Assembly (NCBI RefSeq): GCF_006345805.1
Contig: NW_021824086.1
Coordinates: 1 to 20,046 of the forward strand
Source: Octopus sinensis
Taxonomy: Eukaryota
Direction: 5' to 3'
Length of the DNA: 20,046 bases
In this document: piece after piece, positions 9,688 through 17,843 of the stretch
Position numbering within the stretch: position 1 is the first letter of the stretch
Layout of the letters: each line of letters begins with the position of its first letter
Notes under the pieces: generated by a model
Databases searched by the model: none
What the model was told of the DNA's origin: nothing
Seen by the model: only the letters and a program-made list of their open reading frames with translations
Position numbers and translations under genes: made by a program

Positions 9688-10043
9688 TCTTTATATATAA
9701 AAGTGAAGTTGTGTGTCTGTCTCCTACGATTTAGATCCCTAACTACTCCCACATTTTGCGGTGCAGTTTAACCAAAACCGGGTATCTTATAGTTGTGATT
9801 CATATCGAGCCCTTCTGGGTATTAGCATCATTTTTTTCCCATTTTTAATGCATTTTTTTCGCTATCATATAAGGGAAGTAACTCTAAAAATGTCTACGAT
9901 GGGTCAACGATTAAAAAAAAATTTACCATAATTTTTTTTCCATTTTTAATGCATATTTTTGCTATTTTTTGGCTATAACTCTCTAAAATGCTTATATAGT
10001 TATTTCCCTTACGAACCCGAGCAACGCCGGGCGATACTGCTAG
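9688..10043 (+). mobile_element. Non-autonomous Helitron, family H1 copy b
   Basis: A|TCTTTATATATAAAAG...CCCGAGCAACGCCGGGCGATACTGCTAG|T. Lacks part of one internal repeat unit relative to copy a. Confidence 0.9.
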
Positions 10044-10493
10044 TAACTTATAAACATAAGAATATTAAAAATTAAAATCTCTAAGTTCGAATGGGCATTT
10101 GATCAGCGTAGAAGCGTTTCTTTATGGCGGTTTAACGTTTGTAGCGTAATTTAAAAAGAGGGAAGCTAGCAACTCCTTATAGATCGAAGCATGAGAAGGG
10201 AAGACCCAAAAAATAGACACACACGAAACAAACAAACAAACATCCTTGCATCGTCGCCTTAATGAGGGAGCTTGAAGTGTTCGTCACTGAACAAGCACGG
10301 AAATTTCACGTAGAATATTGAGCTGACATCCTGGTTTCACAAATTGTGACACTTTTGCTCTCGATCAAGACTATAACAAACTCATTCTCTTCAGATGTTT
10401 CGCCATTTTCTTTTTCGAAATACAAGCTTTTATATTTAACAAGACATCGTACATGTATACGCATGTACAGTCACACGGTGGGGTAGGGAGGGT

Positions 10494-10531
<38 letters not shown>

Positions 10532-11070
10532 AACACACACACACACACACACGCACGCACACACACACATACTCACACGCATATACACACATGCACGCAT
10601 ACACACACGCATGCACACACACACACACACGCACGCGCGCGCGCATATACACACATGCATGCATACACACACACACACACGCACGCACACACACACACAC
10701 ACACATACTCACACGCATATACACACAGGCATGCATACACACACACTCACACACACACATATATATACACACACATTTTGAAATAAGTATATTGGTTTCT
10801 TTAATTGAAGTGATTGCCTTCTGTTCTATTTTTACCACCATAAATCACTTTCAATTACACACACACACACACATACATACATACACACACACATACACAC
10901 ACACACGTACACACGCACGCACACACACACGCACGGACACACATACGTACAAATTGCTAGATCGATAGCTAAATAGATAGATATAGATATATACAGCTAT
11001 ATAATACATACGAATACACATGTGCGTATGTATATATATGCATATGTATATATACACATATATATATATG

Positions 11071-11112
<42 letters not shown>

Positions 11113-11186
11113 ATATATTATATGTATATATATATCTATATATATATATACCATATATTTATGTATATATATATATATATATATAC

Positions 11187-11217
<31 letters not shown>

Positions 11218-11382
11218 TATATGAGAGAGAGAAGAAACTGAAATTCAGGAGACTCTTTTTTCACTAAAAGATATATACCCAATATAAAATTATATATATA
11301 TAACACATGCACACACACACAAACAAAGATAACACCCATGCACAAACACATTTATATATGATTGTATTCTCTCTGTCTCTGG

Positions 11383-11415
<33 letters not shown>

Positions 11416-11549
11416 ATGTGTGTGTATGTATGGTGTGTATAAACATAATGTTATATACTACATCCCATAATGTTATATAGATAATATATATTCTATATAT
11501 ATATATATATATATGTATATGTACATACGTATATATGTCTGTGTACATG

Positions 11550-11612
<63 letters not shown>

Positions 11613-11640
11613 GGTGTATGTGTATAAGGTGTGTATGAAT
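10494..11640. repeat. Cluster of (CA)n, (TA)n, (CT)n and (TG)n microsatellites with short unique spacers
   Basis: Directly visible. It explains the CV/HT/YI ORFs. Confidence 0.92.
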
Positions 11641-11997
11641 ACTATCTTTCCCAGCATCAGTCTGATACAGAACAGAGCAGCGTTCTATCGCCATCCATCA
11701 ACCAAATCAGGTTACGGATTAACTGATTACAACAACGCAACGAGTAAGTTTTCCTTTTCCTTTTCCAATTTACATATAAACGTCCAGCTTATTCTATTTA
11801 AACGTATCGTCTGCATAACATCTCACTCGCCTCGGCGCTAATTTGACACTGAAATAGTCGTTCGCAAATGCCGGTTCTTTCATCTATAGATGTCTACGAA
11901 ATTTAAATGCTCCTTCCCTTGATTCCGTTATGTCAAAATATGAAGAAGATAAATATACAATGTCGCTATAATAACACCAATAAACTTTTATATAATA

Positions 11998-12375
11998 CTA
12001 GCTGTTGGACCCGGCGTTGCTCGCATTTTCCGTGTTGAAGTTAAGCCAACTTCTGATCTTGTATTGAGTAAGCATTTCCTTAGAGATTATTCTATTGATT
12101 TTGTTGAAATTTTGCACGTGAAAAATGCAAAAGCTGCAAAAGAAAAATAACATCATTATAGGAATTTCTATTCAAATTCCTGGTTGAGCTCACAAAAATC
12201 GATGCCAGCTGAGCATGATCGAGTTTTCGAAAAATTCCGGCCTTATTTGAACTTCAGGGCATGTGATCTACCTATGTATCAAAAATCATTAAAATCGGTT
12301 GGACGGTGTGGGAGGAATTAGAGCAACACCAAACACACAGACAGACAGACACCATTACACATTTATGTATATAAA
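11998..12375 (-). mobile_element. Non-autonomous Helitron, family H3 (more degenerate)
   Basis: On the plus strand: A|CTAG-CTGTTGGACCCGGCGTTGCTCG, then AAAATCGGTTG and (CAGA)n near the other end, as in H2. The 5' end reads TT rather than TC. Confidence 0.72.
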
Positions 12376-12631
12376 TAGTACCGAGACAAAAGTTTTGCAA
12401 TATTTTCGTAGCTTATTTGCTCTCTATTCGGGTTACAACAAAAGCAGCCGAGAATTCAAAGTAGAGGCCATCGCGTTGAACCATGTGATGCCACTTTTCT
12501 GCCAGTTCTTTGATTCCATGCTGATACCAGTTCTTGTCCTCAGAAGCGAAGAACTCTTTCAGTGAAGCTTCCACCTCTTCTTGGGTGGTGAAGCATTGCA
12601 AGCGCAGGGAGCGGGCCATGGATCGGAACAA
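12376..12631 (-). mobile_element. Mariner transposase 3' end plus TIR
   Basis: LFRSMARSLR..F...EEVEASLKEFFASEDKNWYQHGIKELAEKWHHMVQRDGLYFE is a typical mariner C-terminus. It ends ...GCAAAACTTTTGTCTCGGTAC-TA. Confidence 0.88.
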
Positions 12632-13051
12632 CGAATAACCCGTGGGAGATATCTTTCCGTAGTCCTAACGGGCATATGCAAATAGTTAAGTAAGGGCCAG
12701 CTTCCGGGACCTGTTGGCAAACATCGGTGCTTCAAACACAAGGCGTTGCTCTGCATCTGGTGGAATTATGAAGGGTATAATTCAGGGAGAGTCTGTGCCG
12801 GACAGTGGAACCATCGATTCCAATCTGTGCTCCGAACAGCTAGAACAGATCGACGCCATCCTGGAGCAAAAATATCCGGGAGTTAAAAGAAAGCGGGTTC
12901 TCCCGCAGCAAGAAAACGCAAGAGCTCATACCGTTCGAACGACCTGGAATAATCTCCAGGCACTTGAGGGGAATCGAACGGGTGCCACACCCAACAAACA
13001 GTCCAGAATCAGCATAAAGTTCGGATCTCGATTATCACTTGTTCTGATCTA

Positions 13052-13053
13052 TT

Positions 13054-13100
<47 letters not shown>

Positions 13101-13504
13101 CTCTCTCTTCTTTTGTCTCTTTCTTTTTTTCTCTCTCTCTCTTTTTCTCTCTCCCCGCTCACTCTCTCTTTCTCCCTCTCTCTCCCCTCCCTTCCCCCTC
13201 TCTCTCCCCATCCCTTCCCCCTCTTTCTCCCCCCCTTGCCCTCTCTTTCTCCCTTCCCCTCTCTCTCTTTCCCTTCCTCCCCCCTCTCCCCTTTTCCCTC
13301 TCTTTCCCTTCTCTCATTCTCACTCTCTCCCTACTCTCTCCCTTTCCCCTCTCTCTTTCTGCCTCTCTCCATTTCCCCTCTCTCTCCATTTCCCCCCTCT
13401 CTTTCTTCCTCTCTCCCTTCTCTCTCTCCCTTCTCTCTCCTGTCCCTCTCTTTCCCTTCCCCCTCTCTCTGTCTCTGTATCTTTCTCTCTTATTCTCCGC
13501 CACC
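13052..13504. repeat. (TTTC)n plus polypyrimidine low-complexity tract; inverted homologue of 13966-14533
   Basis: Shared diagnostic strings such as TCTCTGTCTCTGTATCTTTCTCTC and TTCTCCGCCACC appear as reverse complements at 13966-14007. Confidence 0.88.
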
Positions 13505-13622
13505 TTTGGTCGGCCGAAGGTTATAGTAGAAGACACTTGCCCAAGGTTCCACGCAGTGGAACTGCACCCGGAACCATGCGGTTGGTAAGCAAGCTACTTA
13601 CCACACAGCCACTCCTACGCCT
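13504..13622 (-). mobile_element. SINE family A 5' fragment
   Basis: About 8 mismatches to 16077-16195; A-box TGGCTGTGTGG. Confidence 0.9.
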
Positions 13623-13965
13623 GTGTAAGATCCTGCGCTCGCGGTGCTTTATAATCCAAGAGATTGTGGACGCTTCAGTGAAGGAGTCCTTCGTGTCGAA
13701 GGAGAAGAACTGGTATCGACTTAGGATCAAGGAACTGGCAGAAAAGTAGCTTCAGGCGGTGCGACCCGATGGTCCCCTATTTTGAATTCTTGGCTGCTTT
13801 TGGTATAACTCGAAGAATGGAGCAAATAAGTTACCAAAATATTTGCTAAACTTGCTTTTTTTTTTTATTCAAAATGATGAAAGCCGACGTAAATGATGGT
13901 TGGGTGGTTGTTCAATTAGATGAGTGATTTCGCCAGTCATGCGTTGCATCATATGGATGGTGGGG

Positions 13966-14533
13966 GGTGGCGGAGAATGAGAGAGAAAGATACAGAGACA
14001 GAGAGAGGGGGAGGGGAAAAAGAGGGGACGGGAGAGAGAAGGGAGAGAGGAAGAAAGAGAGAGGGGAAATGGAGAGAGAGAGGGGAAATGGAGAGAGAGA
14101 GGGGAAAGGGAGAGAGGCAGAAAGAGAGAGGGGAAAGGGAGAGAGAAGGGAGAGAGGAAGAAAGAGAGAGGGGAAGTGGAGCGAGAGGGGAAAGGGAGAA
14201 AGAAGGGAGAGAGGCAGAAAGAGAGAGGGGAAAGGGAGAGAGAGGGGAGAGAGGGAGAATGAGAGAAGGGAAAGGGAGGGAAAGGGGGAGAGGGGGAGAG
14301 AGGGAGGAAGGGAGAGAGAGAGGGGAAGGGAAAAAGAGGGAAGGAGGGAGAGAGGGAGGAAGGAAGGGAGAGAGAGGGTGAAGGGAAGGGAGAGAGGGAG
14401 AAAGGGAGGGGAGAGAGGGAGAAAGGGAGGGGAGAGAGAGGGAGAAAGGGAGAGAGAGCGGGAAGAGAGAAAAAGAAAGAGACAAAAGAACGAAAGAGAG
14501 AGAAAGAACGAAAGAGAGAAAGGGAGGGAGAGA
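13966..14533. repeat. Polypurine (GA-rich) low-complexity tract
   Basis: Directly visible, with internal repeats of GAGAGAGGGGAAAGGGAGAGAG. Confidence 0.92.
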
Positions 14534-14969
14534 GTGCAAGATGAATGAAAACACATGGGAGATGCATTCCAGAAGTTCTGAGAATAGTTTTCCGTGAGAC
14601 ACAGTTAATAACTATCTTCGATTACTGTGATTTTAGTCCAACATTATTGATCCTCTAATAATCTGACCCGATTCAAGGAGACACGGTTGTGACAGCACTT
14701 TGACCACACCCTACTAAACACAGCTCGTCACAGGTGACTGGTTTTCATAATGCAGTCGAGGAGGACATGAAGACAATCTGGAAACTCGCTAAGCAATAAA
14801 ATTTGCTGTTAAACCGGCCAAAACGCTACGGAAGGGAATCAAGGGCTCCAGACTGCTTACAGATTATCTTTTATGAGCCGAGGCTCCCCTTTTTGCTGGC
14901 ACAAAAGGACAGTTTTTTCCATTTACCAAACCCATTTTTACCTCCTGTTATCAAAATTTATGATCAGTT

Positions 14970-15043
14970 AGCATGTCTGTGTGATTAAAAAATTCGCTTC
15001 CTAACTATCTGGTTTCGGTTTCGTTCTCATTGTGCGGTACTTT
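14970..15043 (+). mobile_element. Highly diverged SINE family A head
   Basis: GCATGTCTGTGTGATTAA...CGCTTCCTAACTATCTGGTTTCGGTTTC..TGTGCGGTACTTT aligns loosely to the SINE A head. Confidence 0.5.
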
Positions 15044-15065
15044 AGTGGTTAAGATACGCTCTACT

Positions 15066-15491
15066 GAAGGCGGCGAGCTGGCAGAACCGTTAGCACGCCG
15101 GGCGAAATGCTTAGCGGTACTTCGTCTGCGTTACGTTGTGAGTTCAAATTCCGCCGAGGTCGACTTTGCCTTTCATCCTTTCGGGGTCGATAAATTAAGT
15201 ACCAGTTACGCACTGGGGTCGATGTAATTGACTTAATACCTATGTCTGTCCTTGTTTGTCCACTCTGTGTTTAGCCCCTTGTAGGTAGTAAAGAAATAGG
15301 TATTTCGGCTGCCGTTACGTTGTGAGTTCAAATTCCGCCGAGGTCGACTTTGCCTTTCATCCTTTCGGTGTCGATAAATAAAGTACCAGTTACGCACTGG
15401 AGTCGATGTAATCGACTTAATATCTATGTCTGTCCTTGTTTGTCCCCTCTGTGTTTAGCCCCCTGGTGGGTAATAAAGAAATAGGTATTTC
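15066..15491 (+). mobile_element. SINE family B tandem (15066-15298, 5'-truncated 15299-15483, 8-nt start of a third unit)
   Basis: Same boxes and body as 2961-3195. The junction AAAGAAATA|GGTATTTC occurs twice. Confidence 0.92.
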
Positions 15492-15496
15492 CCCAA

Positions 15497-15542
15497 GACA
15501 CCTGCTGAAGGCTGGAGGGTACATCAGCCGAAACGTTGTGTT
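15497..15542 (+). ncRNA. Minimal type I hammerhead-like motif with a core variant (CUGCUGA)
   Basis: GACAC-CUGCUGA-A-GGCUG(GAGGGUACAU)CAGCC-GAAA-CG-UU-GUGUU: 5-bp stems I and II and a palindromic ACGU stem III. Confidence 0.65.
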
Positions 15543-15583
15543 AACAACAAACAAGATGAGGACAAATATCCGTCAATTATAAA

Positions 15584-15807
15584 TACTCTCTTTTACTCTT
15601 TTACTTGTTTCAGTTATTTGACTGCAGCCATGCTGGAGCACCGCCTTTAATCGAGCAACTCGACCCCGGGACTTATTCTTTTGTAAGCCCAGTACTTATT
15701 CTATCGGTCGCTTTTTGCCGAACCGCTAAGTAACGGGGACATAAACACACCAGCATCGGTTGTCAAGCAATGCTAGGGGGACAAAGACAGACACACAAAC
15801 ACACACA

Positions 15808-15859
<52 letters not shown>

Positions 15860-16195
15860 TACGACAGGCTTCTTTCAGTTTCCGTCTACCAAATCCACTC
15901 ACAAGGCTTTGGTCGGCCCAAGGCTATGGTAGAAACATTTGCCCAAGGTGCCACGCAGTGGGACTGAACCCGGTACCATGTGGTTGGTAAACAAGCTACT
16001 TACCACACAGCCATATATATATACATATATACGATGGGCTTCTTTCAGTTTCCGTCTACCAAATCCACTCACAAGGCTTTGGTCGGCCCAAGGCTATAGT
16101 AGAAGACACTTACCCAAGGTGCCACGCAGTGGTACTGAACCCGGAACCATGTGGTTGGTAAGTAAGCTACTTACCACACAGCCACTCCTACGCCT
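15584..16195 (-). mobile_element. Full-length SINE family A with internal (TA)n and a duplicated 5' half (15860-16013 and 16030-16195)
   Basis: Minus strand: A-box TGGCTGTGTGG, B-box GGTTCAGTCCC, CORE-like ACCTTGGGCAA, internal microsatellite and 3' tail (AGTAAAAG)n. Confidence 0.92.
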
Positions 16196-16575
16196 GTGTA
16201 AGAATGTAAGTAAAGTACATAATTCCTCATCTCTTAAATATAGAATTGCTGATGTAAGTTGTTCTATAAATTAACAATAAGCTAAGCAGCGACAACTCGT
16301 ATCTGCTTGCGAGGCAGCTTAATAAGTTCTACGCACAGTTTGACGTTCCTTTCTGTATGCGTGGATTACGGTAAAAAGTCAAGAATCAATGTTCGTATTG
16401 TTGTTCTAATAATTGTATGATGGACAAGAGTCTGGTGCCACCTGCAACTTGTGACAGGGATTGGTCGAACAAATACAAGATTCGTTATTGGGAGAAATGA
16501 GATATGTTATAGCACCTGAGACTCATTAACGAAGCGCTGTTCGTATATGTGGACACCTGAAGGGGAATGCATTGG

Positions 16576-16589
16576 TATACATACTTTAT

Positions 16590-16625
<36 letters not shown>

Positions 16626-16915
16626 CAACACATATATATACATATACATATATATACATATATATACATATTATATATGATGTGCCATACTAATACACAC
16701 ACCACCAACTAATACTACTATACGTACTAATACATACTAGTACATACTAATACTTACACCAACCCTATACATACACACGTCCAGACCCCGCATACGCACT
16801 AATACTCTCTCTCATAACACACACACACACACACACACCACACACACACACCCTTATACATACTAATACATACACCAACCCTATACATACACACATCCAG
16901 ACCCCTCCCACGCAC
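16576..16915. repeat. (TA)/(CA) microsatellites and a ~45-bp direct repeat (16745-16789, 16861-16905)
   Basis: TACACCAACCCTATACATACACAC(G/A)TCCAGACCCC occurs twice. Confidence 0.85.
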
Positions 16916-17085
16916 TTTTAGCTGTCCCTCAACCCTTTTATCAACCCTATTATCTCCCCTTATTTCGCTCTCGCGTCTCATGTTTGATCTTTGACCTCTG
17001 GCCGAAATCAGATCGCCATGTGATTCGTTAGCTACTGCACGCATTTTTTTCTCTCCTTCTTTCTGTGTTTTTCTCTCTCTGTGTA

Positions 17086-17122
17086 TCTTTCTGTTGAAGA
17101 GCGTAGGCTCGAAACGTTAAGA
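17086..17122 (+). ncRNA. Hammerhead-like motif in the Penelope terminal repeat (core variant CUGUUGA)
   Basis: UCUUU-CUGUUGA-A-GAGC(GUAG)GCUC-GAAA-CG-UU-AAGA, upstream of and on the same strand as the RT region. Stem I is weak. Confidence 0.55.
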
Positions 17123-17843
17123 CTTGTTTTATTTATATTTCCTGAGCGCCATACTAATCACAATTGTTCGTTTGTTTTCCACCTGCCTTCGTCTTTTGTT
17201 TATTTTCATAAAGCTTCCCGTTATATATTATGCGCTCACGTGGTCTCACTTTCATCCTATATTCTACCAATACCACTATCAACACTTACCTCTACCTTGG
17301 ATTTTCTTTACCTCTTGGATACTTACCATTGGCTGCACCTCTCTTTCGCGGATCAAAGTGACTTTGCATTGATGGTATATTAAAAAATATACCACGACGT
17401 CTACACATTTCTCACCTTGAACTTTCAACCTTGAACTTGTTCGCATAAACTGTCCCGTTTGTTGTATTTTTATTTTCTCTTATATTACCACTTTTTTACA
17501 TTCATTTCATGCTTCCCACATTTCCTGAATTTTTGTTCTCTTTCCGTCTTTCTTCCCTCTCTGGATGTCCATACTCCGTTTCCTCTGCCTGCACCCCCTT
17601 TTTTGCCTCCCCCTCTCTCTGCTTCACTTCTTTCTTTCCCTTTTCGTTTGCCCCGTCTTTTCTGCCCCCTATCGCTTACTTATCTAGTTTTTTTCATACG
17701 ATTATTATTTTTTTGTTTTTTTTGAACGTTTGTTTTTCCCCTTTTTTCGCTATCCTTTTTTTATATTTTTTTTTCATACGATAATTTTTTGTTTTTTGTT
17801 TTTTTTTGTTTTTTCGAACGTTTTTTTTTTTCCGCTATCCCAT

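Larger units (their letters stand above)
12640..13853 (+). pseudogene. Degenerate mariner (DD34D-type) transposase, catalytic half, interrupted at 13052-13630
   Basis: Motifs KALLCIWW, QENARAH (cf. HDNARPH) and PHPTNSPES..DYHLF (cf. PHPPYSPDLAPSDYHLF). It resumes at 13631 with LRSRCF..KNWYRLRIKELAEK. Stops and frameshifts are present. Confidence 0.85.

Noticed and set aside
10255-10312. Fifth hammerhead-like remnant (TTAATGA...GCTTG...CAAGC...GAAA)
   Set aside because: Two core mismatches and no stem I or stem III pairing.
11655-11743. Possible 89-nt plus-strand exon (TCTTTCCCAG|...|GTAAGT)
   Set aside because: One open frame but no homology or partner exons; such signals are common by chance.
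13159-14602. Arg/Glu/Gly-rich and Ser/Leu/Pro-rich ORFs
   Set aside because: Translations of GA/CT low-complexity tracts.
15066-16195. CRISPR-like repeat-spacer array
   Set aside because: The repeats are 150-230 bp SINE units in eukaryotic DNA, with no short repeat/unique spacer pattern and no cas genes.
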